A DNA stretch of 63,126 nucleotides, counting the filler, from Intoshia linei (Eukaryota > Animalia > Orthonectida): assembly GCA_001642005.1 (NCBI GenBank). It is 6 parts of 6 records of this genome, joined end to end, with 100 filler letters (N's around TTAATTAATTAA, not from the genome) between each part and the next. Parts side by side here need not be neighbours in the genome. Positions count along the whole stretch, not along the records: positions 1 to 19,537 come from LWCA01000730.1; positions 19,638 to 30,314 come from LWCA01001250.1; 4 more parts are not named here. One strand, given 5' to 3'. A program made the translations under genes and the position numbers. The notes under the pieces were generated by a model. That model saw only the letters and a program-made list of their open reading frames with translations, did no database searches and had not been told where the DNA came from. Of this stretch, positions 11,401 to 24,900 are shown piece by piece. How positions within the stretch are numbered: position 1 is the stretch's first letter; every line of letters begins with the position of its first letter.

Positions 11401-14400
11401 TTACATAAATATAAATTTACATAAATAACAAAAATTACATCACAAAAAAAGATTTTATCATTTTGAGTACACAAGTAATTATTTGATAAAGAAGCATCCA
11501 AAAAAGCGACTCTTTGGTGAGTTTTGACAGATTCACGCGGGGTAGAAATAAGTTTTTTTTCAATTTTTTGAATAATCTAGAAATATAGATAGAAAATATC
11601 AATAAATGTATACCAACGGAGGAAGACACAAACCAGTTCTCGTACAAGTCAGTTTAACTAAATCACCAAAAAATATTTTGATTCCATTATCAGAATCATC
11701 ATACAACAGATTACTATTTTTACCAATAGAAAGATCATCATATTTGCCGTTTACGTTTTGATTGTTCCTCAAGGTTGAAACTATACACATCATTATACAT
11801 TATTATACTATTATCTACTTAAATCAATACTAAACAATCCCCAATCCGTTGCAATTGCTTCAAAATGTGGAAATTTTACATTTAAGTATTTAGTACTAGC
11901 ATTCTGAGATCGTAGTCGATTAAAAAAACACACTTTATCTCCAGCATGAACTACCACTATATAAATAAACATAATTAAAATATATATTATATAATACATT
12001 ATACACGAGTGTTTGACAAATGTAGGCCCAGAAAATGAGAAACTTTTAATATTGAACTAACAAGATAAAGTCATGCATTGAAAAATTTTTGTAATTTTTT
12101 CTAGCAATTAGTTTTTAAGTGGTTCGGGACAAAAAATTTTGGTGACACTTATGTATGCTGCTACTAATTAATACATAATACAGTAATTATCATTGTACAT
12201 GTTGATCGCAATCTTAAAAATATCAATTTATTTTTTAAAATTGCGTACAACATATACAATTTTGCGGGATAATAAAATGAATTATTGTCATATCATATGG
12301 AAACCAAAGTCAAGATCTAGATCAATTTATTGTAGAAAATAAATTACAATCCTCATCTCTAGCTGTAGATATTTGACGAGAAGGTTTTGAAATAATTTTA
12401 ATACTCTGTGTTTGTACAGTACTGACCAAATTTGTGTATTTATCTTCAATTTTTACCTGCAATCGTAAAACTTTAAATTTTCCCGTTTGAGACGTGTAAA
12501 CATTCTTAAATCCAAAATATTTCTAAAGTGGTTGATTTAAATTTTATAATAAAACAATTTTAAGAGTAATTTGTAATATAATTATTAAATTCATTTACCA
12601 TGCAATTTTACATGATACAGCAGGGCACATATGTGTCAACGACGCGAGATAAGTGTGCTCTCGAAGAAATCTAAGTTTTTAAGAAAAAAATTTCATTGTT
12701 ACTACCATATTTATTGTAATGTAAACTATAAAGTATATATATAGAATAAATCCTGTTCAAACCTCAAAATTCAAACAAATTTTCATTTAAAAAATGTAAT
12801 TTAGGTTTTTGATCCTAAAGGCCTCAATTTCTAAACATGAAATTTGTGACGAAACGTCGTTCTCGAAAAACTGTATTAGATATTAAACTTTTTACATAAT
12901 AACGCGTTTAATTTTCACGTTTTTAAAAATTATTTTTCACCGGGAATGCGTAGATTTCTGGGGTTGAAATTTTGTATTTATATCAACTGGAATAAGCTCT
13001 ATTAGAATAATTTTTTTTAAATTTTCGAACCGTTAATTATTTTACATTTTTTGTTAATAAAATATTTCGGAAAAAAAATATATGAATACTAAAATGCTTT
13101 TTTTACCTTGAAGGCGTCACTTATTAAGATTGAAATTTATTGTGTGTGTTAACAGGATACAACTGTATTACCTGTAAATTTTTTTAACTTCTAGGGTTGT
13201 TTTAATTAAAAAAAAAGGACAACTGGGCTTTTTGACCCGTAAGATGTGAATTTGGGAGATTAAAATTTATTTTGGTAAAACCCCCGGAAAAAAACTGTAA
13301 TTGAAATTTGGACTTTATAAAATTGTATGACTAGTAGTTATTGAAATAAACGGTAACACACACTAAAAGACAAAAAAGCATATTACACTGTCCAACATTG
13401 CAAAAAGAAGCTTAATGTAACATATATAGTGCTATCGCGCTTATTACAAGCAATCATCATTTTTAGAAATTTATAACAATTTTCATAGCAATTCAAAAGT
13501 CCAATTTTCGCCAAGTTAAAGTTATATTCAATACTATAAAACGTGTCCCGCTAAGTTAAATTAAGTTAAATAGGCTTGGCAAAGGGTGAAAACTGAATTT
13601 TAGTAAAGCAAAGATTTTTTAATTAGAAAACAGTAATTTGAATAATGAAATTGTTTTACCTGATATTACAGAATTGAATAACTTTCAAGTTTTTATGAAA
13701 TGGACATTGATTTTGACGAATATTCTCGCTCTGATGAAAATTTAACCACAAGAAACAATCAATTAAGTGAAGAAGATATCATTAATGAAACTATTGAATC
13801 CCATCAGTCAAATAGTGATTTTACTAATACCTTTGACATAAAATATTGTTTAAATCGATTAGCTTTCTTAAACAATATTTAGTAAAAAACCACTTATCTC
13901 AAAAAATAAAAGAATGCTTAAATATTATAGAAAAAGATTTCATAATTAATACCTAATTTTATAATAAAAGATACATTTTAATTAACTTAATTGTAAAATT
14001 AAAAATATATTATGTGTTAAACTTGCATCTCGCGAAGTTAAATTTTCAATTTCATTAAATATCATCTATTTTTATAATTGTAACTATGCATTTCTGACAT
14101 TTTACATCATTTTGAAACAAGTTAAATCACTTTATTTATTCCCAAAGTGCAATTTTTGACTTAGCGCGATTGCACTGTATTAAAATAATCAGCTAATTTT
14201 TGTGATTCTAACCATAAACATATTTTTATAATTGAAGATCTAAAACATGTGATATTTTAATTAGTAATTTTACTATTTATTAAATTAAATTTCATGAAGA
14301 TGGACTTAAGGATCGATATGGACCACTTTAGCGAGCGCTAGATTAAATTCTACTTTTATTATATAATTATAATTTATAATTATAACAAAAAATAGAAATT

Positions 14401-14680
14401 TTACATTATATCTTTCAGGTCGAAAAATTTCATTGTGATTTTTATTGGAAATAACCCATAATTCGACATTCTTAATTGAATCACTTTTCCACCCATTTCC
14501 TTCGAATTTAATCATTGGTGGTGGTACAAATAATCTATCATTAAAATAAAAAAAATTAAAAAAATCATACCTTTTTTCGTTTCCATATGATTTTTGAACA
14601 ACCATAGGATATTGAAAGGTAATTGTTTTACAATAAACAACATCTTTATCCGCAAAATCTCTAAATTTAGTTTTATTCAT
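8435..14680 (-). CDS. Su(H): CSL / Suppressor of Hairless / RBPJ family transcription factor, highly divergent; 9 exons, about 421 aa
   Basis: Exons 14680-14571, 14534-14405, 12522-12348, 11956-11819, 11780-11614, 11576-11439, 11241-11083, 9377-9274 and 8579-8435 total 1266 nt in frame. Hallmark motifs QKSYGNEKR..PPP, IISKPS, FNRLRSQ..STKYL, VKLTC..TGLCLP, WTI, GENF and LCVIP occur in NTD-BTD-CTD order. Confidence 0.9.
10330..10737 (-). mobile_element. Helitron-like family copy (internally deleted) in a CSL intron
   Basis: Contains remnants of the family 3' hairpin (tactacgtacaaatagcaccta) and the 5' block (aaacggtaacacacacagac). Confidence 0.65.
12925..13385 (-). mobile_element. Helitron-like family copy, 5' half, in a CSL intron
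   Basis: Near-identical to 58280-58810 and 5230-5820. Confidence 0.7.
13427..14177 (+). mobile_element. pogo/Tigger-type deletion derivative
   Basis: TIRs (C/T)AGTGC(T/A)ATCGCGCT(T/A)A flanked by TA on both sides. Internal ORF 13700-13882 (DIDFDEY...LSEEDII) resembles a Tigger transposase C-terminal tail. Confidence 0.7.
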
Positions 14681-15086
14681 TTATGAGAAAAAGATGGGCA
14701 AGAATTTAATGAATTATTAATAGTTTACTAAAATTTTGATTTTATATTTTCGCGAAAGCATATATTATATAGAAAATTGTTGAATTAACCCTAAAAATCG
14801 CGCATTTTTATAATTTTAGATTTATTTTATTTTTTATTATTTTTCCAAAATATCATTAATTGGATAATTATACAATATTAAATCATCTCAAAGATTGATA
14901 GGTGTATTTACCGATTATGGGTATATGTGGTGATTTTTTCTCTGGGTCATTTTGTCCAAAGGTAGTGTGACCAGAAAAAAGTCAAATTATCAGTTTTAGT
15001 TTAATTAGAGATAATTTTAACCCTATGAGTGTGGTAACATTTGAAATTTGTTAGCATTTCTAATTTTTATATTTTCCAACTACATA

Positions 15087-15460
15087 TCCTTACTTATATA
15101 ATTATATATAAGCATATTATATGCTTTGTTTATCTGTGTGTGTTATCGTTTATTTCAATAATTATCAGTCTTAGAATTTTATAAAGTCCACATTTTAATT
15201 ACAGTTTTTTCCGATGGTGTTAGCAAAATAAATTTTAACCTCCAAAGCTCACATCTTGTGGGTCAAAAAGCCCAATTGTCCTTTTCTTGAAAATCAGACG
15301 AGTTCGAGAATTTAAAAAAATATACACTCTGATACGGATTTTAAAATCATAAATATTATTCATAAATTTAAATTTAAAAAAAATATATCTTCAGGGCCAA
15401 AACCACAAATTACCCTTTTTTTTTTAATGAAAACAGCCCTAAAATTTAAAAAAATTTACA
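15087..15460 (+). mobile_element. Helitron-like family copy, 5' portion
   Basis: Starts A|TCCTTACTTATATA...TGTGTGTGTTATCG; reverse complement of about 5480-5825. Confidence 0.7.
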
Positions 15461-15679
15461 CTACTACTAAGTAGTTACACACTAAGTGTTAAGCTAAAAA
15501 TATTCTTTTAAATTCAGATATGTAATTTTGGCTTTAAATTTAACTTCAAATCAATTCAAATTGAAGTAGGACTTTTTCTGTTCACACTACCATAGGACAT
15601 TATGTACAGACGCCGAAAAAATTACATTTTGTTGAAATTATGTAGTTGTCAATCGAGTAAATAAATGTATAGTATACAA

Positions 15680-17078
15680 TAGGGTGGACACAATTTCAAT
15701 ATTTTTGAATTTCGTATGGGTCATTATCCAGAAAGATTTGTTTTGTTAAGTTAACTTAAAATACAAAATTTTAAAACTCTACGAGGGTGCTCAAGGATAC
15801 TGAATTTTAGTATACGATTTGTATACATAACTATGTATGAGTAGGATATACCGAGTGGTTATCTTACTTTGACCATATTTAAGATAACATTGATTATGGA
15901 GACGTTCAATTTGGCGAAAACTATTGTGTTTAAATAATTACAAAAGTTTGTAGATGTGCCTAATTAACAAAAATCCAATATTTTTGATATTTTGTAAATG
16001 TATAATAGCATACAAAAAGCTAATATTGTTTCACTTTTCGAATTGATCAGAGCCCGAAGAGCTATAATTTTAAAAAATCCATCAGAAGTTATACACCGTT
16101 AAAAATTCAACAATTGTATTACCATAATAATGAGCCCTTTTCCCGTCAAATTGCAGACACAAATCTTTTTTAAAGAACTGAATATCTGAATTTATTTTAT
16201 CAGTACAACAACCAATTTCTTTGTTCAAAGCACGCATGCACATTGTTCTACAAGGAATGATAGAATTAGTGATTGTTTTTAGAATCGTTTGCATTTTACG
16301 TGAACAAGTTTCTGTCTTTATACATGCCTTTGCAATATCTTTACTAGATAATTTTGACTGCTCTCTACCATCAGCTAATTCAGTATTTTCAAAAACTTGA
16401 TTATTGCAATTCAACTCTATCGAAATAGGTAGAGGTTTTTGAACTTGAAACGTATTTAATCGGTGTTTCTCTTTTAATTCGCGCTGCAATTGTAATTCCT
16501 TACGTTTCATTTTTCTTACATATTTACAACCAAACGCATTATCAAGTATACCAAACATCAACTTTCTTTCATTTCTTTGATTGCGTAAAAAACACAAGTC
16601 TTCAGGATGTGTACATATCAGCTTGGCTTTTATGTGCGATATATCGAACAATTTATCAATTGTATTAATGAAATTATCCTCACGTAATATTTGGGACTTA
16701 CATCTCCTATTTTTATTCTTTTATAATCTTGTTAACACGTGAATTTCAAAAAAAAACTTTATAATTTAAATTAATAAAGCTCAATTTGAGCACTACATTA
16801 AAATAAATCTTGCTTCCTAAAATTTTGCATAGACATACGTATGAATCAGTAAAATAAAATTAGAGAATATTGGTGAACAAATATATATGACCATTCATTC
16901 CAATTTTTTGACCCAAAATGTCTAATTTTTTAGCTTTGCACGTCATTGAGCACTTGTATGATGTTATTTTGTTATGTAAAATTGGGCATGTGTGTATGTA
17001 TTCATAAAATGAATAAAATTATCGAAGGGCCTATCAGAAAATGTAAAAAAAATTACTATGAAAATTGTGTCCACCCTA
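15680..17078 (-). mobile_element. hAT-like DNA transposon, internally deleted, with transposase fragment
   Basis: Perfect 17-bp TIR TAGGGTGGACACAATTT and perfect 8-bp TSD GTATACAA. ORF 16082-16651 (FDISH...EDLCFLRNQRNERKLMFG...LQFDGK) resembles hATm-type transposases; the subfamily call is from memory. Confidence 0.8.
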
Positions 17079-18379
17079 GTATACAATGTATACTATGTAT
17101 GTATGTACTAATGACATTAACAAAATAAGTAATACAAGTGTGATGGATTGTCCTTATGCAGTTTGTCATTTCTTGAATTATCGGAATTTGATTTACTTTC
17201 ATTCATTGAAATTGTTTAAATTTACCATAGATGAATTATATTATCATTCATACGGTATGAATTTGGAGTTATGTATGAATTATGAATTCATAATGAATCA
17301 TACCTAGTTTATTTTTGTCTATATATTAGGTTGTTCAGAATTTGTTTTTAATTGTTTGGCATAATATGATAAATTAAAATTTAGCCTAAATGTGTTAATT
17401 TTTAGATCACCATAATTTGAATTGATAGTGTAATCACATAAACTTTAGTGGTTCAAAGTAAATTTTCAATTAATGAATAGTCGATATTAATAAAAATACT
17501 GATCATGATTGGCGTAAACCAGTACAGAATATTTATTTCGTAAACAGGATAAATTCGAAAAAAAATTGCTAAGTTGAAAAGAACAATTAAATTTATTTTT
17601 TAGAAACATACAGAACCGGATAAATTCAACCATGTTCAGTAATTTGATCATTACTAATGTAAACGAATAACATTAACCAAGTGTTTCCTAACCGTATATT
17701 TATACAATAAAATTCTCAAAATAAATACTATACAAATCTAACTTATATTTCCATGAAATTCATATAATACACTGTTCATATTGAACAGAAACCACTGTTT
17801 ATTTATTTTCCACGTTTAATGGGAGTAAGGGTTTTCTTAAATAATTATATGTAAACCCAGCAGTGCTAAAAATTTTCTCAAATCAAAGTTAGACCAGGGT
17901 TTCTTAACCTTTTTTAAATTTAGCACCCTCGTTAGCCAGATCAATTATTTCCAGCACCCCTGAAAAAATATAAAATGATACCTTAAAATTCAACTTAAAA
18001 ATTGTATTTTATTGAGATTTAAAAAATCACTATCGAATATAATCAATAAATGAACCAAGGACAGCTTAAACCAGGACGGAATACGAGATATTCTAGTAAA
18101 AAAAATGGTAGTCGGGATTTTTTTTGCCTTAAGATTATTAGGCAAGTGAAAGACTTGACAAAAAATTTTAGGATATTAGAAGGGTTATTAATCAATCAAA
18201 TTGGAAAAAACTTGATATTTTCAGTTTAAATAAATAATTATCATAAATTTTGATTTAATTTCACAAAATAAACATACAAAAACAATGAAAAATACAATAA
18301 CATCAAATAGTTGAATTTCCATTCTTTTTTCTTGATTATATATATTGGAAATTTTTTTTTCATCGTAATTATTACCACT

Positions 18380-19150
18380 CAATTGCCAAATATTCTTTTT
18401 CTTCTTTCTGTTGTTTTTGAAACTTTTTGGTCACTAGTTTTTACTGATAATAACCCTTTTATGAAACAATTTCCTAACCTACGCAAACATTTTGTTTTTG
18501 TCATGTATTCCAAAACAAAAGAAAAAAAGCCGTTATCATAGATTATGAAAAAAATTTTGATTAAAAAGTTGATGCATTTTTTAGACTGCATTTGTAAAAA
18601 AAATTTATAGTAAGATTGGGAAAAAAGGTCAGTTCAAAATTGAGTATTTTCAATTTTCCCCTTGAAACCAAATTTAGAAATTCAATCTCTTGAAATATCA
18701 TGCTCAGTAATATTCATTTCTAGCAATTTTTCTTTGAACGTTATATAACCACTTACAAAAAATAAAATACTATTTTGGGTGTCACTTAGTTTGTTGTCAA
18801 TTTTTAAACAATCTTCTAGAGTAGTCTCTATAATACAAGAGGAGTTTGAATAAGGATCTATTGTATCCAAATCCTGTATATTCAAGCTATTGCAAATTTT
18901 TAATCTAGTTGATTTAACCGCTTACAGAACCTGCTCAACAGCGATATAATAATTACTTTCAGCTTTTTGTCGGATATACCCAAATTCCCCTTTTAATGAT
19001 CTGATTGAAAATGGCCAAGCAATACATATGAAAAACCATTTTTGAGCAAGTACTGACATATATTTTTTAAACCGTACATAGATTGTAAAAATCCATCGCT
19101 AGTCTGTTTCGTCAAGACACATATTTTGTACACACATATCTGTCACAATC
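18380..19150 (-). pseudogene. P-element/THAP9-like transposase C-terminal relic
   Basis: Reverse-strand translation LTKQTSDG...YLLKNGFSYVLLGHFQSDH*KGEFGYIRQKAESNYYIAVEQVL and ILFFVSGYI, with stops and frameshifts. Confidence 0.65.
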
Positions 19151-19537
19151 TGTTATTCCATCTATATTCTTGAATATCCGTATATTGATTTTTCTAAAAA
19201 ATTTGACACATAAGATAACTCGAACCGAGACCCTCCGATTATACTGCAATGATACTCCGTCATAGTAAGGACTGTACTAAATCGTCGTTGCAAAACAAAT
19301 TTTTTTTTCATTATATACATCACTTATTGAAATTTAATCAATATAGAATCTATTATATTTTAATTATTTAGTTAAACTAATTTTTTAATTAAAAAGTTGA
19401 TTACATTTCATAATCATAAAATTTTTTTAAAACATTTTCTGGTGTAAACACTAGTGATATCCAAAATAAAGAGTTAGTTTTTAATTGAAACTGATCACTA
19501 TTCAGAGATATTATATTGCTTCTCGTTTCAACACTAC

Positions 19538-19637
19538 NNNNNNNNNNNNNNNNNNNNNNNNNNNNNNNNNNNNNNNNNNNNTTAATTAATTAANNNNNNN
19601 NNNNNNNNNNNNNNNNNNNNNNNNNNNNNNNNNNNNN
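19538..19637. other. Assembly gap with synthetic TTAATTAATTAA linker (also 30315-30414, 45879-45978, 50909-51008, 61291-61390)
   Basis: Five identical 100-nt blocks, N44-TTAATTAATTAA-N44; the linker places stop codons in all six frames. Confidence 0.97.
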
Positions 19638-21973
19638 CATTCTATTATATTGTTTTGGTTCGTTGAATTATCGTTTTTTCGTTATTTTACTTTATATATT
19701 TATGTTTATTGTTTAACCGTTCCTATAATCGATTCCAGATAAATGCGATTCAATCATATTACGTTTACCGTTAATTAAAATTTAATTGTAGGTTAAAATA
19801 TACCAGAAACCCTTAATAATTTGATTATCACTTTGAATATAGCAATAATCAGATTGATAATTGCTATTTTATTGTCTTGAAAAATGTTATCACATTGAAT
19901 TTAGTTATTATTACATCGGTTGTAATTATTATCATATTAATAGTGAAATCGTATAGTGTATAATCATAAACAAATATTTAACAATTTTAAAAAAGTAAAA
20001 ACTAGAGAAAAAATTTAATAATTAATGAAATATAGGTATTTTTAATTAAAAATATAAAATTTAGAGCGACATCTTAGACCTGGTAGCGAAGTCTTAGGCA
20101 CCTATAAAATGTATTTAAAATAATTGCCCATATGTGAATGTACACTAGGGTGTCACATTTTTAAAAAAAATTGAGCTTTTGATAAACGTGTCAGTCAGAA
20201 AATGTATATTTTTAAAACAAAATAACTATTTGATTTATTTATAGGGTATTTGATGATTAATTTTATGAAATAATCAAAATATGTAAAATATAATGAAAAC
20301 TTTGAAAACATTTCATTAAATTAAATTTAAGCAACGTTTTGTAAATTCAGTTATCCAGAAAATTTATTTACAATTATTATGTTAATAAATGTCTTTATAA
20401 GCAATCGAAATTTCTGAGACTCACTAGCGTCATTGCATTCGGTTGATTTTTTACCAATTAGTCATTTATAGATTTAAAAAAATGTGCTGGTACCAGTAAA
20501 ATGACCAGCATTATTTTTGCGGATAATAAAAACCAGCATATCGACCACCTTTGATAATAAAATTTTCAAAAATAATGCGACCCAACACGTGTTTGACATA
20601 GCTGGTATAGATTCTATAATATAGAACACATGCTGAAATTTAACTAAACGTAACACGTATAACATGGTTTTTCGAAATTTTTTTTACAAACAAACATGAT
20701 GTCACAAATATATTAATTTTGTTATCTAAATGAAAATTGAACAAGTAGAAGATAGAAGTGCCTTATAGTTTTTCTGTTTTATTTTGATAAAATTTTATGT
20801 TATGTGTTACACAGACTGTGTGGGATATAAAAAATAGATTGTTGCTTCGTACATAATTTGAATAATAACATGTTTGCAAATACATACATAAAAGATCCAA
20901 ATGCAGTATTCTCTCCAGAACTCGCCATTAATTTAAAATATAAACTAAAAGTTTTAAAACCATTTTTTAAAATAAGTTATTTTGTATTACATTTTATTGC
21001 AATTTAATTTTTAATTTAAAGGTTTTATTTACTGTTCATAGTTTTAAATTCTCAATCTGGCCACATTCCCTATCTCGCCAACTTTTTCTAAATCCCAAGA
21101 ATTTCTAGTTATAAAGAGAATACTGTATTTATATGTTTATTTAAATTAAATTTATTTTTTTTAAGGTAAAATCAGAAAAGTTCACCATCGGCAGAGCTGG
21201 CTACTGTTTGTACGAAATACATAACAATAGATGTAGATTTATAATATAAACGTAATTGTAATAGATTTCGTTTATTTTTAATGTAAAAAAGTTAGCGTGA
21301 TTTTAATCAATTTTAAGAGTGCTAATAATTTATTTTCATTTATAATTATAAATCTAATGTAGTGTTGAGTTTGAAAACTTTCATTTCTTATATTGTTTGA
21401 CATAATAGTTTTATTTACTAAGCATTGTAGTACTAAATACTTTGATATTACATTAGCAATTAATATTAATCAAACTTGTATGTTAATTAAATATATTTTA
21501 ATTCAACAATTAGCAGCATCGTTAGTGACTTTCTACATACAGTTTAAATTTTACACTTTAAAATCACACAGTAAACTTGTGACCTATAATTAGATTTATG
21601 ACTAATTCTTAGCAATAAATAGCGACTACTTTCAATATACGCACTTTTGTCATCAGGTTGCAGTTAATTACATGTACTAAGTAGATCTAAGTACATTGTA
21701 CTTAGATATGCATGTGAGGAACATTTATAAACTAGTTTTGAATCGACTAACATTGCATTATTTAGTTAACTACACAAGTTTTATTTATTCATTTCATTTA
21801 CTAATTTTATTTCTAATGTGTGTTTGTTTTTTGATAATATTTTCAATAACTTGTCAAACCCTATCCATATTGTATATATTATGGACGGAGCTTGAAAAGT
21901 TGTTGGCGATATGTTATTTATTTGGTAAGATTTCATTTCTAAAATATTCCGAATTAAATCGTTTCATAAAAAT

Positions 21974-24900
21974 TTAATTATCGTGGCTGCGTAAAAGATC
22001 TTGTAATTTCATTTTTGCTTCGTATTCCAATAAGTAACGTGGAAATAATGTTTTTTCGTCAAAAGCAGCTTCGAGTCCTATTTAATGTTATAACGTTAAA
22101 AAAATATTACCGTCTATAAGTTTTGTATCCACAATAAAATTTAATGCGTTTCTGGATTCACTCTGTCGTATGGTTGTTTCTGATACCAATTTAGGTTTAA
22201 TTATATGCTTAATTTCTGGCATTTCTTGCGTTTTCAACATGGAATATGGTCCACCATGTGACATAAGTGCAGAAACAATGTGTTCAGTTGATTTCATTTG
22301 TCCTCTTATGGTACGCCCCTGTCGTCTTTCTTTTATTGATTTTCCAACAATACTATCTTCATTTGTATAATTTAGTTATTTTAAAATAATTACTCTCCCA
22401 TGCATTGATTCTATAATTGACAGGATCTTTTATTGCTGCTGAATCAGGTCGCCAATTATCATCTATTTTATAGCTTTTCAAACTTATTTTTTTATCTTTC
22501 TACAAAATAATAAAAATAAACATCATAAACACACGTTTTCGGTAGTTTCTTTAATTATTTTTTGAGTACCTTTCTTGAATCTGTTTAGCTAATTTATTTT
22601 CAATATTTAGAATAATTTTATAAACCTTGCTAGTCGATTTAGGAGGAGTTCCGACAAGGTCCCATGGTTGAGACTAAATAATGATTAAAAATACTTGTTA
22701 TTCATTAAGTTATGTCGTCGCATTTGTAAAATATTGCTAAATGACTATTACCCATTAACTATTTCAAGTCTACGCCTTAATAAATATTCCTATAACTGTA
22801 TAAACCAGTGATTTCAAAATTGTGTTCGTGGATTATCACGTATGTGAATTTATTGTATTTTGATGAAAACCACGCGACCCCAAAAATATTTTTGACGCCC
22901 ATTTGTGTTCGCGACTCTGCAGTTAAGAAGCCCTGATCTAGTGTAACTAAATAATTACATACCTGTCCCAGTGTTCCAATTAAATCTCCTTTGATATTAC
23001 ACAAAGAAATAGTACAGTCTTGACAGCCAGACAAAATAATTTTATCGTTGTAATATATAATTACTTTAATTACGGTTATTGTATCGTTATGCTGATTCCA
23101 AGATGAAATTAATTCTAAAATTACATTGAATTTGATTATGATAAAATTATTAATAAAATTTTAAAATTGAAATTATTTGTAATTTACATGTAGGGAAGTT
23201 TTTCCAATCGATGAGACCCGGGAAATTTCGTGATGGCCAAATTTTGCTTTTCGTGAAAAGTCGATACCGACCAGTTAATTGTATTATTCTTAATTATTTG
23301 ACAAAAATATTGATGTTACCAATAATGTTTACAATAATAATTATAATTATTGTTATAAATTATACTGTATAATCCAGGTGTGTCAATTATGCGGCTCGCT
23401 GGCCATTTGCTGCCCTAATTATGGTATGTGCGGCCCGCGGTACAATATAAATTTCTATTTTTTTACAGTTTTTTATATATTTTTCATGATGTATTTATTC
23501 ATGGTTACAATTTTAGCATTAGTTATACACTTATTCCATTATTATTGCTTCTTACTTCATTTTATTAATTAGGGTTATCATTAATTAATTAATTAAAATT
23601 ATTATTTTAATAATGGTTTGAGTAAAAATATAGTATAAATTGCCCGCGTAATAATTTTTTTTCACGTTTGGCCCACCTCGCAAATTTAGTCTGATACCCC
23701 TTAATACTATAATCCAATATAGCGTTTTAATTAACGCCAAATTGAAAATATATTCTAAATCCGACGTCATTTTTCTATTACTGCCGACTCGGCAGTGCCG
23801 AGGCTCTGTTACTAAAACATAAATGCTGTTTCAACCCTGTTTATATCAAAAATAATTTCTGCTAATTATAATTATTACAGGTACAATTTACTTAATATTA
23901 GTTACTAAATACTCAAATAACATTTTCAACCTTGGGGCCTACGACTTTTTGGTGGGGCCTGGGAAATATTACAAATATATAGGATTATGAAAACTTTAGA
24001 TTAATTTATTGTTAATTTTATACAATATTCTCAGGTTTATAAGTGGTTATGTGATACTTGAACCAATTAATTATATTATTAGAATAATCGTGTGCTATTG
24101 AATTCAAATTTAACTAAACTGATGAGTATATGCAAAATTATCCGACTTTAACTAGGATTGCTTTGTTGCTATTTTCATCCTTTTATTTAGGAGAATGCTG
24201 GTTTAGTGCAGTTTTAGACTTACTGACAAAAAAATAAATACACTACAAATTTCAAAAAGGGGAGATCTACAATTACAGATTATTACATTAGTACCTAATA
24301 TTAATAAACTCTGTCAGAATCGTCAGGGTCAATCGTCTTATTAATTCTAAAAAATAAATAAATTATTATTGTTTTTATCATTATTTTATTATAATTCGCT
24401 CTAATTTTTTTTCAGTGGGGCCTGGGATTTTTTTAAGAGTAAAAGTGGGGCCTAGCATAAAAAAGGTTGGGAAACACTGTCTTTAGAGATATTTTAATCT
24501 AGCATAATTGAGTATTTTTGTTTGTTTTAATTCCTCAAATTTTTTCAAAAATAGACTAATAAAATATGTTAATCAATTAACCAAGATTTTGATAATTTTT
24601 TTCGCTTTCTAAATTTTTGTCAGCAAGAGGATAGTTTTCAATATTCCAACATGATATGTTCCCCTGATTATCGCCTGTTATCAATACCGTATCATTGGGA
24701 TCAGTGTCTCCGATAATCTTATCTAAAAAATTATTAATCATAAAAATAATTATTTTCACATGTTGTAGTTGATTGAAATTCAGCTACAATTTCCTGTTTG
24801 TAAATATTGTAAAAACGAATCCACCCATTGACACTTAAACTTATTAAATCTGCACTGTCCGTGCTATTTCTAGTGTGCAAATATATAAGTGAACTAATCA

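Noticed and set aside
14306-14404. Read-through tail VEFNLALAKVVHIDP as a CSL exon
   Set aside because: The phase does not fit the 14404 donor and it ends in a stop; exon 12522-12348 supplies the homologous segment.
19538-19637. TTAATTAATTAA palindrome recurring five times
   Set aside because: Always centred in N runs of identical length, so it is a scaffolding linker; ORFs ending in X runs are artefacts of it.
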